Source: an uncultured Roseburia sp.
Lineage (GTDB): Bacteria; Bacillota; Clostridia; Lachnospirales; Lachnospiraceae
Assembly: GCA_947038265.1 (NCBI GenBank)
Contig: CAMQVP010000001.1
Coordinates: forward strand, 188,968-252,967
Length of the DNA: 64,000 bases
Direction: 5' to 3'
The notes beneath the pieces were generated by a model, which was not told the origin of the DNA, searched no databases, and was given only the letters and a program-made list of their open reading frames with translations. Positions 19,618 through 29,854 of this stretch are shown here, in pieces. Position 1 is the first letter of the stretch; each line of letters begins with the position of its first letter. The translations under genes and the position numbers were made by a program.

Positions 19618-20244
19618 TCACGGCGCCCAAATCGTTTCCTTTGGCTCTTTCGCGTCATACTCAAACACACATCTTTCAAACGCATTGATCACATGCGTTT
19701 CCTGATACTTATCATACCGTTTCTGCTGTCTGCTGTACGTCATATGCACATGCCCATGCAAAAAAAACTTCGGTTTGTACTTCTCCATTAAAGTCCTAAA
19801 CACCTGAAAACCCTGATGCGGCAAATCCCTCCCGTCATTCAACTGATATGCGGGAGAGTGTGTCACAAGTATGTCAAACCCCCGTTTTTGAAAGAGTCTA
19901 AACCGCAGTTTCGCCGCCCTCTGGCGCATCTGCCATTCCGTATACTGATGCGTCCCTTCACTATACCGCATAGACCCGCCAAGACCCAGAATCCGTATCC
20001 CCTGATAGTCATAAATCCGTCCGTCTATACAAGTGCATCCCTCCGGCGGGATACTCTGATAACGCCCGTCATGGTTGCCATGGACATATAAAACGGGAGC
20101 CGTCGTCATCGTAACTAAAAAAGAAAGATAATACGGGTCTAAATCCCCACAGGAAATAATTAAGTCCACATCTTTCAGCTTACTCTTATCAAAATATTCC
20201 CAGAGATACTTTGACTCCACATCTGAAACCGCCAGTATTTTCAT
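19618..20244 (-). CDS. Metallophosphoesterase (YfcE/MJ0936-like)
   Basis: 'ILAVSDVE', 'GDLD', 'VHGNHD' and 'LHGHVHM' metal-binding motifs. Confidence 0.8.
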   Translation of the reverse strand: MKILAVSDVESKYLWEYFDKSKLKDVDLIISCGDLDPYYLSFLVTMTTAPVLYVHGNHDGRYQSIPPEGCTCIDGRIYDYQGIRILGLGGSMRYSEGTHQYTEWQMRQRAAKLRFRLFQKRGFDILVTHSPAYQLNDGRDLPHQGFQVFRTLMEKYKPKFFLHGHVHMTYSRQQKRYDKYQETHVINAFERCVFEYDAKEPKETIWAP

Positions 20245-20251
20245 AAGTTCA

Positions 20252-22162
20252 TTAACCTTCCTCTTTTTTTACCCCCTGCTGGTCAATCACAGGCTCTGCC
20301 TGCTCCTTTAATTCTTCTTTTGCAGGTATCCTGCCAATGATATTATCGGCAAGCCAGTCCATCGTCATAATTTCCTCAGGCGTCAGACTGCCGTCCGGAT
20401 CATCTGAAACAACGCCAGTCTGGGAATATAAGATCCCAGAAAAAGGATTAAACGTTTCCGAACAAATTGTAGTTTTTAACAGATCCACCAAACGCTTTGT
20501 CCCATTCGGCAGATATTTCGAACAGATGACGTCGACAACGCCCTCCGACATTCCCCACCAATAATTGATCGCTTTTTTTACGGAAGGATCGTCGTCATAT
20601 TTCCATGTCCCTTCCATAATCGTCCGAATTAACTGCTCATAAAACTTTCCCCAGTGCCATATCGGCATCGCTAAGTTTCTCGGATGCCATTCATCTATAT
20701 GGTAAATCCCAAAGAAACGGGACGCTTCTTCCGGAATCACCATATCCCTTCCGGACACGCAAGAAGATCCTCTTTTTCTTATTTTTTCTTCTATGTCAAT
20801 TTCTTTTTTCGTCGACCATTCCAAAAACACTTTCGCGCGTGGATTTATCATTTTCGCGCCCAGCGCAAACGCGTTAATATTGGCAATCGAACCGTAAATC
20901 GGATAGTCCGCGATATACGTCAGACGGCTGTTCTCCGCCATTGCCGCGGCAATCGCCCCCATTAAAAACTTCGCTTCATGCATCCTTGCATAATATGTCC
21001 GGATATAGCGGTGGGACGTATTTAACGAGCAATTTAGGATCTGTATTTTCGGATTTGCAATCGCCGCTTTTACGCTCGCCTGCGCAAATGGCGGCGTTGT
21101 CGTAAATATCAGGTTACACCCCTCGTCAATGGCGGCTTCCAGCAAAGAGTCAATCTGCTCCAATGTGCCATTTTCGTAAAAAACCGTCTCAATCACTTCC
21201 GGAAACGTCTGTTCTAAATGAAGCCTGCCTAATTCATGCGCATACGTCCATGCGGAAGTCCCCGCCGTCTTTTCATAGATAAATGCTATTTTCAAATGCC
21301 GCGGAGCAGAAGGATGCAGAATCTCAAGCAGCGATTTCTTTTTCTGGTTCGGCTTCATTTTTAAATCCACTACCGCATCTTCCGCCAAAAGGGCAAATTC
21401 TTCCCAGCTTTTCGTTACTAATTCCTGAATCTCACTTGTCGTCTTTTCATCAATTTCCTGATAGCCGTACAAGGTAATCAAAGATAAAAATGCATCTCCA
21501 ACTGTAATGTTTAACTTGCCGCCGCCCTTTGCCTGATATTCCGCGGCAAATCTCGAATAAACGGAACTAAACCGAAGCAATTCTTCTTCTGACCAAACCT
21601 CCCCCGGCTCTTTACCGACGGCTTTTTGCAGTTTGGCAAAACTGCCTTCTTTAGAAAACCAAATATAATTAATTGGCGCCAACTGATAAAAGTCCATATA
21701 CTCATAATATATTTTGTTCTCCCTGTCCTCCGCGCGTTTTGGAATAATGCGCGTCACATACCCAAGGATAGAAACCGCGCCAAAATATTTCATCACGCTG
21801 ACGCGTTTATTGCCTTCTTCTATGTAAAATTGATTCATATATTCATAGGCTTTCACCGGATCGCGTATCCCCTCATTCAAATGGCTTGAACTAAGCTCCG
21901 CCCATTTCACGGCAAACTCTGTGCTCTCCCTTAAAATCGGCATAAAGTTCCCTGCAAACGAACTGCTCCGCGCAAAAGTTTTCGTGCCTGCAATCTGATC
22001 AATCGGGATTTGCGTCAAACCAAGCTGTGATTCAGAGTAAGATCCTTTTTCTGGCAAAATATCGTCTAATACAAGCAGAGTAGGCTTCACCCCGCGAAGC
22101 ATTCTCGCCTGATAATCCTTCTTTCCTAACTTAAATGCTTTACTATAATCTTCTTTTCCCAT
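20252..22162 (-). CDS. Cytoplasmic fusion protein: an N-terminal ParB/Srx-like domain and a C-terminal BMP-family (PnrA/Med-like) ligand-binding domain
   Basis: N-terminal half: 'IPIDQIAGT' and 'GNKRVSVMKYFGAVSILGYV' (GxxRxxxxKxxG ParB-like box). C-terminal ~330 aa: 'KIAFIYEKTAGTSAWTYAHELG...' (BMP fold). No signal peptide. The start was re-assigned to ATG 22162 (MGKEDY..), which has a GGGAGG RBS. The longer ORF prefix is translated from a palindrome. Confidence 0.55.
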   Translation of the reverse strand: MGKEDYSKAFKLGKKDYQARMLRGVKPTLLVLDDILPEKGSYSESQLGLTQIPIDQIAGTKTFARSSSFAGNFMPILRESTEFAVKWAELSSSHLNEGIRDPVKAYEYMNQFYIEEGNKRVSVMKYFGAVSILGYVTRIIPKRAEDRENKIYYEYMDFYQLAPINYIWFSKEGSFAKLQKAVGKEPGEVWSEEELLRFSSVYSRFAAEYQAKGGGKLNITVGDAFLSLITLYGYQEIDEKTTSEIQELVTKSWEEFALLAEDAVVDLKMKPNQKKKSLLEILHPSAPRHLKIAFIYEKTAGTSAWTYAHELGRLHLEQTFPEVIETVFYENGTLEQIDSLLEAAIDEGCNLIFTTTPPFAQASVKAAIANPKIQILNCSLNTSHRYIRTYYARMHEAKFLMGAIAAAMAENSRLTYIADYPIYGSIANINAFALGAKMINPRAKVFLEWSTKKEIDIEEKIRKRGSSCVSGRDMVIPEEASRFFGIYHIDEWHPRNLAMPIWHWGKFYEQLIRTIMEGTWKYDDDPSVKKAINYWWGMSEGVVDVICSKYLPNGTKRLVDLLKTTICSETFNPFSGILYSQTGVVSDDPDGSLTPEEIMTMDWLADNIIGRIPAKEELKEQAEPVIDQQGVKKEEG

Positions 22163-22248
22163 ACTTTCCTCCCAAATATAGCGCTGCATATTTTCCTGTA
22201 TTATTATAACTGATTTTATCCATATAGAAAAGCAGTTATTACAAAAAT

Positions 22249-22285
22249 GCCGGACAGGGAACAAAATTTTTGTTTCCTGTCCGGC
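22249..22285. terminator. Near-perfect 18-bp-stem palindromic hairpin with flanking A/T runs. It is a bidirectional intrinsic terminator between the 266-aa gene and the ParB-BMP gene.
   Basis: 'gccggacagggaacaaaa / ttttgtttcctgtccggc'. Both strands translate it to the same 'FPVRH' peptide, which confirms the palindrome. Confidence 0.6.
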
Positions 22286-22298
22286 ATCTTTGTTTCTC

Positions 22299-23099
22299 TT
22301 ACAATCCGCTTAATTTTACATTCATTAAATCCATGAGGCTGTCATATGTCACTGCCGCCGCCGCAGAAGAAGGATTTTCTTTTTTCCTCAATAGCGGCAT
22401 TTCCTGTGAATCCGAAACAAGAAAACTGTGCAGCCGCTGCCTGCTCTCATAGAGCTGGCGGACGTACTCCCTTTGAATCGCTTCACTTTTTGCGCAAGCT
22501 TCTTTTCTGGCTTTGATTTCGTTTTGTTTCATTAAGGCTTTTTGACGTTTCCGCCGCTTTGTCCACCATGACTCCTCATCGTTTTTTTCTGTTTTCCCAC
22601 TCATCTTGGATTTACTGTAACCTTCTCCATGATGTTCTTCAATCGATGCGCCAAAATGCTCACGGATAAACATTCCACTCTGCCCGTTTAAGCCAAAAAA
22701 AGGATTATGCACAGCTCTGTCTTCCACAAAATAACCCAAAACCCATGCTTCATAATCCGGATCACATTTCATCTGCTCAAAGCCTTCCTCCGTAATGTCA
22801 AGAACTGTCGTGTCATTCACTCTCGTCGGATCATAGGGAATCGTATCCAAAAGAGAGTAAAAATACTTCTTATACTCTGCCAAAGTCATATTTTGCGTAG
22901 AAACATTCTGGGCATTGTTTTTTAATCTGACTGCCCTGCCCGCGCGGACTTGTTTGTCTACATGCGAAGCCTCTTTTGGATGTTTCCGTTTAAACTCCTC
23001 TACCACACTGTCCCGCTTCTTATTCTCCTTATTTTCTGTCTTCGCATAAACCGCGGTGTGGTTTGCATTTAATGTATCGTGGATACAAACAACGCCCAT
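22299..23099 (-). CDS. Hypothetical protein (266 aa). It is charged and has a Lys/Arg-rich coiled-coil C-terminal half.
   Basis: Long ORF with a purine-rich coding strand. No family motif was recognised. Confidence 0.45.
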   Translation of the reverse strand: MGVVCIHDTLNANHTAVYAKTENKENKKRDSVVEEFKRKHPKEASHVDKQVRAGRAVRLKNNAQNVSTQNMTLAEYKKYFYSLLDTIPYDPTRVNDTTVLDITEEGFEQMKCDPDYEAWVLGYFVEDRAVHNPFFGLNGQSGMFIREHFGASIEEHHGEGYSKSKMSGKTEKNDEESWWTKRRKRQKALMKQNEIKARKEACAKSEAIQREYVRQLYESRQRLHSFLVSDSQEMPLLRKKENPSSAAAAVTYDSLMDLMNVKLSGL

Positions 23100-23327
23100 A
23101 TGCTATCCCTCCATTTCCAGTACAAAAACTTCCTGCCGCTTTGTCTTTTCCAACTTTTTTCTAAATTAGATTTCGTCACTCGGGATAGAACAAATTAGAC
23201 CGATGTCACCAACAGATTATTTTTTGTTATAAACTACATCTGCCAGATAAAAATGAAAAAAACTTTTTCCTCTTCAAATAAAATAGAAATTATAGTACAA
23301 TAGAAACTAACAAGCAAGGATTGTTCT

Positions 23328-24215
23328 GTGAAAGGAAGCATAACTGGAATGAATATAATTGAGACGAAAGGCCTGACAAAATACTATGGAAAAGCAAGAG
23401 GGATTCTTGACATGAATCTAACCGTCCAAGAAGGGGATTTTTTCGGATTTATCGGTCCGAACGGGGCAGGTAAAAGTACGGCAATCCGTATTTTACTGGG
23501 ACTGATTTCCCCGACAAAAGGAAGCGCCAAAATTATGGGCAAGGACATTTTAACGCATCCAAAAGAAATCCTTTCCGAAACCGGCTATATGCCGTCCGAA
23601 TCTGCTTTTTACAACAATATGAAAGTAAAAGACCTAATCAAGCTTTCCGCGGATTTCAGGAAAAAAGACTGCGCTGCGGAATCAAACCGCCTTTGTGAAA
23701 GGCTTCTTCTTGACCGGAACAAAAAAATATGTGAACTGTCTCTTGGCAACCGCAAAAAAGTTTCGATTGTATGCGCGCTGCAGCATATGCCGCGGCTTTG
23801 TATCTTAGATGAACCAACGAATGGCTTAGACCCGCTGATCCAGAGGGAATTTTATAAGATCTTACAGGAACGCAATAAACAGGGCTCTACCATTTTTTTA
23901 TCTTCACATGCGTTGTCGGAAGTGCAGAAATATTGCAAACATGCAGCCGTGATCCGCGAAGGCAAACTACTCGTTTCCGACCAAATGGACCATCTTGGGC
24001 ATACACAGGCAAAACGCGTCGTTTTGCGAGGAGTGACGGAACTTTCAAATCAACTTTGCGGGATCAAAGATATGCAGACTGACAGTGAGGGCATACGTTT
24101 TTTGTATAGCGGAAACTTAAAAACGCTTCTATCATTTTTGGCTCCGCTTCCTATCACGGATATTTCGATTACGGAACCGGATCTAGAAGAAATTTTCATA
24201 CATTATTATGAATGA
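23328..24215 (+). CDS. ABC transporter ATP-binding protein
   Basis: Walker A 'GPNGAGKST', the signature/Walker B region 'LDEPTNGLD', and an H-loop. Confidence 0.85.
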   Translation: MKGSITGMNIIETKGLTKYYGKARGILDMNLTVQEGDFFGFIGPNGAGKSTAIRILLGLISPTKGSAKIMGKDILTHPKEILSETGYMPSESAFYNNMKVKDLIKLSADFRKKDCAAESNRLCERLLLDRNKKICELSLGNRKKVSIVCALQHMPRLCILDEPTNGLDPLIQREFYKILQERNKQGSTIFLSSHALSEVQKYCKHAAVIREGKLLVSDQMDHLGHTQAKRVVLRGVTELSNQLCGIKDMQTDSEGIRFLYSGNLKTLLSFLAPLPITDISITEPDLEEIFIHYYE

Positions 24216-24240
24216 CCGGCAGAAAAAGGAGGTTTTTTAA

Positions 24241-25026
24241 ATGGTATTATTTCGGCATGAACTTTCCTGTGGGAAACATATGTTGTGGATTTGGTCTGCA
24301 ATTATTTCCGGAATGCTTCTTATCTGCATTCTAGTATATCCGGAAATGAAACAGCAGATGACGGATATTAGCGGAATGTTTGCTGATATGGGCGCATTTT
24401 CAGCGGCATTTGGAATGGATCAACTCAATTTTGGGGAATTTATCGGATTCTTTTGTGTGGAATGCGGAAATATCCTTGGGCTTGGAGGAGCTTTTTTTGC
24501 CGCCTTGCTCGGCATTTCTTCTCTTGCAAAAGAAGAAAAAGAACAAACGGCTGAATTTCTGCTTACGCATCCAATCCGCCGCCAAAATGCCGTATTGCAG
24601 AAATTTGCCGCCATACTCACGCAGATTTTAATCCTAAACGGAGTTGTCAGCATTGTCACAATGGCGGGAATCGCATTTATTCAGGAAACGCCCGATTACG
24701 GGACGCTTGCCCTTTTGTGTTTTGCCTATTTGTTTCTTCAGATTGAAATTGCATCTATCTGTTTTGGCGTCTCCGCTTTTTTAAGCAAAGGCGGGCTTGG
24801 AATGGGGCTTGGGCTGGCGGCGGTTTTTTATTTTTTAAATATCATCTCCAATCTGTTAGACAAGATGGATTTTTTGAAATACGTCACGCCTTTTAGCTAT
24901 ACGGAAGGAACGTTTATCGTCACAGAAGGCAGGATCGACGGACCGTATTTTACCGTTGGCGTGATTCTGGCTCTTGCCGGAATTTTAACGGCTTACTATT
25001 GGTATCCCAAAAAGGATATTGCATAA
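24241..25026 (+). CDS. ABC-2 family transporter permease
   Basis: Six predicted TM helices. The gene sits immediately downstream of the ATPase. Confidence 0.6.
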   Translation: MVLFRHELSCGKHMLWIWSAIISGMLLICILVYPEMKQQMTDISGMFADMGAFSAAFGMDQLNFGEFIGFFCVECGNILGLGGAFFAALLGISSLAKEEKEQTAEFLLTHPIRRQNAVLQKFAAILTQILILNGVVSIVTMAGIAFIQETPDYGTLALLCFAYLFLQIEIASICFGVSAFLSKGGLGMGLGLAAVFYFLNIISNLLDKMDFLKYVTPFSYTEGTFIVTEGRIDGPYFTVGVILALAGILTAYYWYPKKDIA

Positions 25027-25038
25027 GGAACGGGCAGA

Positions 25039-27600
25039 CTAGCAGAAACTGCCCGCTCCATTCCGCCGCCGGTCCATTGCCAGCAAAAACCCCCACATCA
25101 AAAGTCCAGCGCACGAAATTAATTTTCCCATCGTAACTCCTGCCGCATGGTAAATAATTTCAACCCTGTGTTCCCCTTTCGTAATTGCGGCTCCTAAAAA
25201 CGCCATGTTTATCTTTTGTGGTTTTACACACACGCCGTCTATCCAAATTTCAAACCCGCTGTCATAAGGAATCGACGTAACCAGACAGCCGTCATTTTTC
25301 ACGGAAAGTTTCCCGCTAATCCGGTTCCCTTTCGTCTTGACAAAATCCGGCTGAAATTCTGACTGATACAAGCTGTCCTCCTGCAATATTTCCCCACTCC
25401 CGATAAAACACTTCAAATTAGAAATCACATAATCCCCCGCGCTAAATGAAAGCTTCACCCTGCTCTCTCCCTCCGCCAGTCTGACTGCATAGGTAAACGA
25501 CGTATTCCCATTATAATAAATATGATCTTTTGCGCTCAACTTATTGCGCTCCCCTGCCAAATCCACAAAAACATCATGCGTTTCCTTTTTATTCTCCACA
25601 TCAAACTGCGCAAACAGCAGGCGCTCCCCTCCTGTAAACTCCTCATCTTCTAAAACAATTAGATTTGCTTCCACCTCGCTTTTTGCCTGAATGTGATAAC
25701 CGTTTTCCACTTTCGTAATCCCTTTGCTTTCCGAAACGGAGACGTCTGCCTGATTCACTTGATACAGTTCCTTCTTTTTTCCTTGTTCCGTGAAATCCGT
25801 CCCGTCATTTGCCACTGCAAACTGCATAAGGGCAGTCTGGTTATAGGGAAAAGAAAGACTTTCATATGCCTTTTGCGAAATCAACTGATCTGTCGCATAA
25901 AGAACCGGAGCAGCTTGTTCCTGAATATGTACGTCATACGCTTTTTGGCCTGCTTTTTGCTCTAAAAAATATTTCACGCCCATAAATTTTTGAAACAACG
26001 GATTTTCTGACGTCCCTTGCATTAAATGATTCCGATATGGCTGTTCCACCCCAAACACGTCTTCCCGAAATTTATTATAGCTATCCGCTTCTACGGAAGA
26101 ATAAATGGAGGAACTCCACTGGCGCATATCCCAAATCCGGTTGATATTTGCCTTTTTTTCTTCAAATGAGCCGCCTTGTTCCAGCCGGAACAGCCCCTGT
26201 TCATTTGCCAAGAGATCTGAAATTTCCTTTTCCCATGCGGAATCTGTGACTTGACGGTAAAATTGTTTTTCTAAAATATGCCCGCCGGCAGCATTACAGA
26301 AAATCCCATACGCCACAAGACAAATGATAGACGGAAACGCAAGGCAGACAGTATATCTACACTTCCTGTACAGCAGCGCAAAAACGACGGAACACCCTGC
26401 TTCATACAGTAAAAACCGGCTTTCTTTCGATTCAATCCCATTTCCATGTAAAAGAAAAGAAACAAAACAAAAAAACACTGTGAGCAGGATACCCCCAACA
26501 ACATTCCAAGACGGAATCTCATTTTGCTTTAATTTCTGCAAAAACACTGCCGCAAGAAATAACAGCGCAGGCAAAAGCGGAATCAGCGCTTTGTCCCGCG
26601 CGTACAATCCCCCGTTTAACGCCCATGTAAATACTGGAAACACAAGAAGCGCAAGGCAGGCTGCCGACAAAAAACAATCCCGTCTGCATTTGTAAGTAAT
26701 TCCCACAAATAAGACAACAAGCGCCGCCGCTGTAAGCCCGATTCCATATCCACTGTATGCAAACCGCTCCACGGAAAAATCAGGAAGCAATAAATCTTTC
26801 CAATGGTATGGATTAGATGCTCCATTTCTTTTCATTAGGGCAAGTCCGGTCGGAAGCAATAACACACCCGCTGAACAAACCGCGGCAACGATTGGGACGC
26901 CAAATTTTAGGATAGGATGCTTTCCTTGCGTCTTTTGGCATCTGCTTATGCCATACAAACACACTGCCAGAATCCCTCCAATGGAAAAATAAAAACTTGT
27001 CAGAACCATAAGAAAAATGCCGGCGGCATATAAGCCGCGTCTCCCATTCTTCCAGTACCGATCCACGCCAATGAGCGACAGGCATAAAAACGGCATATAA
27101 TTCACAAACATCACTTGGCGGCAGGAATGAAACACAATCGGGCTTGCCAACGTGAAAATCATAGATACTGCAATACTGATTTCCATGGAAAATTTATGAG
27201 AATCCAGCCAGTAAAAAAATAACAACACAGAAGCCACTATCCCCAGAAATGAAACTGCAATCATATAATCGCTCATTTTAATAAATGGCAGAAGATAAGA
27301 ACATAAAATCATCGGGTTAAATAAACCGTAGTAGGAAAAATGATAGATATTCTGGCCGCCGCCAATACCTGCGGCAAACTCTGGAAAAAAATCTTTTGTT
27401 TGATAAAATTGTTTTCGGAAATAATCCGGAATGACGCTATGCTGGCTAATCCAGTCTATTGTTGACGCAAACATTCCATGCCGTCCGACAAACAGCCAGC
27501 ATATAAAACCTGTAAAAACGGTAAGGAACAAATAAGGTACGATCTGCCTTCTTCTCTGATGTGTAATTTTCATATCGAATTTCCTCCTTCGGTTACACAT
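25039..27600 (-). CDS. YfhO family membrane protein (putative glycosyl transferase for cell-envelope polymers)
   Basis: The 853-aa protein has ~12 N-terminal TM helices ('DWISQHSVIPDYFRKQFY..') and a large C-terminal extracytoplasmic domain ending in a TM segment. Confidence 0.55.
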   Translation of the reverse strand: MCNRRRKFDMKITHQRRRQIVPYLFLTVFTGFICWLFVGRHGMFASTIDWISQHSVIPDYFRKQFYQTKDFFPEFAAGIGGGQNIYHFSYYGLFNPMILCSYLLPFIKMSDYMIAVSFLGIVASVLLFFYWLDSHKFSMEISIAVSMIFTLASPIVFHSCRQVMFVNYMPFLCLSLIGVDRYWKNGRRGLYAAGIFLMVLTSFYFSIGGILAVCLYGISRCQKTQGKHPILKFGVPIVAAVCSAGVLLLPTGLALMKRNGASNPYHWKDLLLPDFSVERFAYSGYGIGLTAAALVVLFVGITYKCRRDCFLSAACLALLVFPVFTWALNGGLYARDKALIPLLPALLFLAAVFLQKLKQNEIPSWNVVGGILLTVFFCFVSFLLHGNGIESKESRFLLYEAGCSVVFALLYRKCRYTVCLAFPSIICLVAYGIFCNAAGGHILEKQFYRQVTDSAWEKEISDLLANEQGLFRLEQGGSFEEKKANINRIWDMRQWSSSIYSSVEADSYNKFREDVFGVEQPYRNHLMQGTSENPLFQKFMGVKYFLEQKAGQKAYDVHIQEQAAPVLYATDQLISQKAYESLSFPYNQTALMQFAVANDGTDFTEQGKKKELYQVNQADVSVSESKGITKVENGYHIQAKSEVEANLIVLEDEEFTGGERLLFAQFDVENKKETHDVFVDLAGERNKLSAKDHIYYNGNTSFTYAVRLAEGESRVKLSFSAGDYVISNLKCFIGSGEILQEDSLYQSEFQPDFVKTKGNRISGKLSVKNDGCLVTSIPYDSGFEIWIDGVCVKPQKINMAFLGAAITKGEHRVEIIYHAAGVTMGKLISCAGLLMWGFLLAMDRRRNGAGSFC

Positions 27601-27813
27601 TGTATCCCTTAATTCTTAAAAAACACCCAAACGAAATCTTAAGTTTTCTAAAGAATTTAAAAGAAATAAAAAGCCGGAGGGCATTTTTCATACACGCTCC
27701 GGCTTTACACCTGAAAAACGATACGTTATAATCTTTTAAACGGCAAAAAAAACAGAAAGCCGTCTGTGCGCTCAATGGCTTTCTGTTTTTTCTATAAAAA
27801 GGAGTTGACGCAA

Positions 27814-28527
27814 ATGACACAATCCGCCCCCCGTATCTTAATTGTTGATGACAACCCGGAAATCCGTGAAATCCTCCAGATCCTTCTTGGCGGCGAAGGT
27901 TTTCAAATCACGGAAGCCGCTGACGGATGCCATGCCTTAAAAGAATTGGAATCCTGTTATTTTGACTTAATTATACTAGATGTAATGATGCCTGAAATGA
28001 ATGGATATGAAACCTGCCTGAACATACGGGCAAAGAGCAACGCGCCAATTTTATTTTTAAGCGCGCGCACGACCGACAGCGATAAACTTCTTGGTTTTTC
28101 CAGCGGCGGGGACGACTATTTAGAAAAGCCATTTTCCTATCCGGAACTAATTGGCCGCGCGAAAGCCTTAATCCGCCGCTACCACGTCTATCAGGGAAAA
28201 GAGGAAACAAAGCCTTCCTCGATTCTCGAGTTTGGCTCGCTTACCATTGACATGGCTGGGGAGCTTGTTTGTCTTAGCGGCAGACAAATTGAGCTGACTA
28301 CGACAGAATACGAAATGCTTAAACTGCTTGCCCAAAACCCCCATCAGATTTTTTCCGCCCAGAGACTGTATGAAGCCATCTGGAATGAACCATATTATTA
28401 TGGCGCAAACAATACCGTTATGGTGCATATCCGGAATTTACGGTTAAAAATTGAAAAAGATCCGAAAAATCCACTTTACATTAAGACGGCATGGGGAAAG
28501 GGGTATCATTTTGAATCCGCTATGTGA
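27814..28527 (+). CDS. OmpR-family DNA-binding response regulator
   Basis: Receiver domain 'ILIVDDNPEIREIL...DLIILDVMMPEMNG' plus a winged-helix domain 'TAWGKGYHFE'. The start was refined to ATG 27814, after an AAAGGAG RBS. Confidence 0.85.
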   Translation: MTQSAPRILIVDDNPEIREILQILLGGEGFQITEAADGCHALKELESCYFDLIILDVMMPEMNGYETCLNIRAKSNAPILFLSARTTDSDKLLGFSSGGDDYLEKPFSYPELIGRAKALIRRYHVYQGKEETKPSSILEFGSLTIDMAGELVCLSGRQIELTTTEYEMLKLLAQNPHQIFSAQRLYEAIWNEPYYYGANNTVMVHIRNLRLKIEKDPKNPLYIKTAWGKGYHFESAM

Positions 28528-28784
28528 TACCTCTCTTTTATCTCCGCCATGCTCCGTCCACTTTCCCGCAGGCTTAAAATTTCTTCTATCCTATGTACCG
28601 TCCCGACCCTTTCATACCGGCGAGTCAGGTTTTCTTCTTCCTGTTTGTACAAAAGAAGCCCCTCTTGCGTATAATATTTCAGCGTACTGTAACGGCAGCC
28701 TGTAATCCTCACCAACTCGCCGATCGAAACATATTCCGATTCCAAAATTTTTTCCATTGTTCTTTGTCTTGACATTTTAGCCAC
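28506..28784 (-). CDS. MerR-family HTH transcriptional regulator (short)
   Basis: 'YVSIGELVRITGCRYSTLKYYTQEGLL' matches the MerR HTH. Confidence 0.65.
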   Translation of the reverse strand: MAKMSRQRTMEKILESEYVSIGELVRITGCRYSTLKYYTQEGLLLYKQEEENLTRRYERVGTVHRIEEILSLRESGRSMAEIKERYHIADSK

Positions 28785-29678
28785 CTATTGATATGCCGGA
28801 ACAATCGCAACGCCCTGAACCACGCCAACATGAAAACGCCGCGCCGTAGGAAAGATCCGGTAATAAACATTGTCTATTTTCAAAAGATGTTCCTCTCCAT
28901 ATTCCACCGATTCCACGGAATGCCCACGCTCCCTTAAATAATCAATGACGGCGTTTCGCCTGTCTGCCACATCTGTCCCAAAAACAACCATATCAATAAA
29001 AATTGCCTGCCTTCTTTCTAAAAATGGAAAGATTAAATTAATCCCCTGCATATAGGGATTCTGAAAAAACTTCTGTTTCTTTTTCAAAAACCCCTGATAA
29101 ATTGTTTCAAGACCATGAAACTCTGTGTTTAAGAGCGTATAAGCGAACGCATCCTCAGACATACATTTTACCAGCCTTTCCTGAAGATGCATCTGTTCTT
29201 TTACGGAAAAAAAGTCGTATAAACATCCGGTTTCCCTGAAAAGATACAATAAACAGACAGTCTCAACGCTTACTTCTCCATCTTCTAATATTTCAGCGCG
29301 GACGCATTCCGTAATCCTACGGTACTCGGATTCCAAACATTTATATACTTTTAAGGAAGCATCCATCACGTCATAATTAACGTCACAGCCAAGAATATCT
29401 GGAACTTCTGTCAACACGTCCGTCAGGCGGGCTTTCATTTGACTCTCAATTTCCCTTCTCTCAGCTTTATTCAAATTTCGGATTCTTTTTATTTCCTGAA
29501 GCAAACGATCTGAAAGTTCCTCTTTTTTGCCGGAAACTCCTTCCTCAGCCACCTTTTCCAAAAACTCTGCCATTACAATTCCTTTTAAAACAATCTTTTT
29601 TGCGACGGTATTCTGTTTACTGGACAGCCCGTTTAAGCCAACCAAAGCAAACTTCTCCGCCAAAGTATATTCCCGCAT
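28785..29678 (-). CDS. Hypothetical protein, possibly GPP34/GOLPH3-like
   Basis: The N-terminus 'YTLAEKFALVGLNGLS' resembles the GPP34 start. The start was refined to ATG 29678, which has a GGAAGGAG RBS. The family call is weak. Confidence 0.3.
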   Translation of the reverse strand: MREYTLAEKFALVGLNGLSSKQNTVAKKIVLKGIVMAEFLEKVAEEGVSGKKEELSDRLLQEIKRIRNLNKAERREIESQMKARLTDVLTEVPDILGCDVNYDVMDASLKVYKCLESEYRRITECVRAEILEDGEVSVETVCLLYLFRETGCLYDFFSVKEQMHLQERLVKCMSEDAFAYTLLNTEFHGLETIYQGFLKKKQKFFQNPYMQGINLIFPFLERRQAIFIDMVVFGTDVADRRNAVIDYLRERGHSVESVEYGEEHLLKIDNVYYRIFPTARRFHVGVVQGVAIVPAYQ

Positions 29679-29854
29679 CCTGTCATTCTCCTTCCCTAGA
29701 TTTCCCATACATTTGAAATTTATTCTTTGCTTATCACTTAATCCTTTTTGCTTATACTTTTTTGTTTATCACCTTCTATCCTCAGCTCCTCAATATCTTT
29801 TGTTTTCTTGTAAAACTGCTTTTTAATCACTCTCTTTGAGCCGAACTCATTATC

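Noticed and set aside
20252-22264. ORF-track N-terminus 'MFPVRHFCNNCFSIWIKS...' of the ParB-BMP protein (mirrored by the + ORF 22270-22452, 'MFPVRHLCF')
   Set aside because: Both are read-through translations of the palindromic terminator hairpin. The real start is the RBS-preceded ATG at 22162.
24380-24659. Small antisense and alternate-frame ORFs inside the ABC-2 permease gene, and similar ones inside addA, addB and the YfhO gene
   Set aside because: They lie fully within well-supported longer CDSs and have no independent signals.
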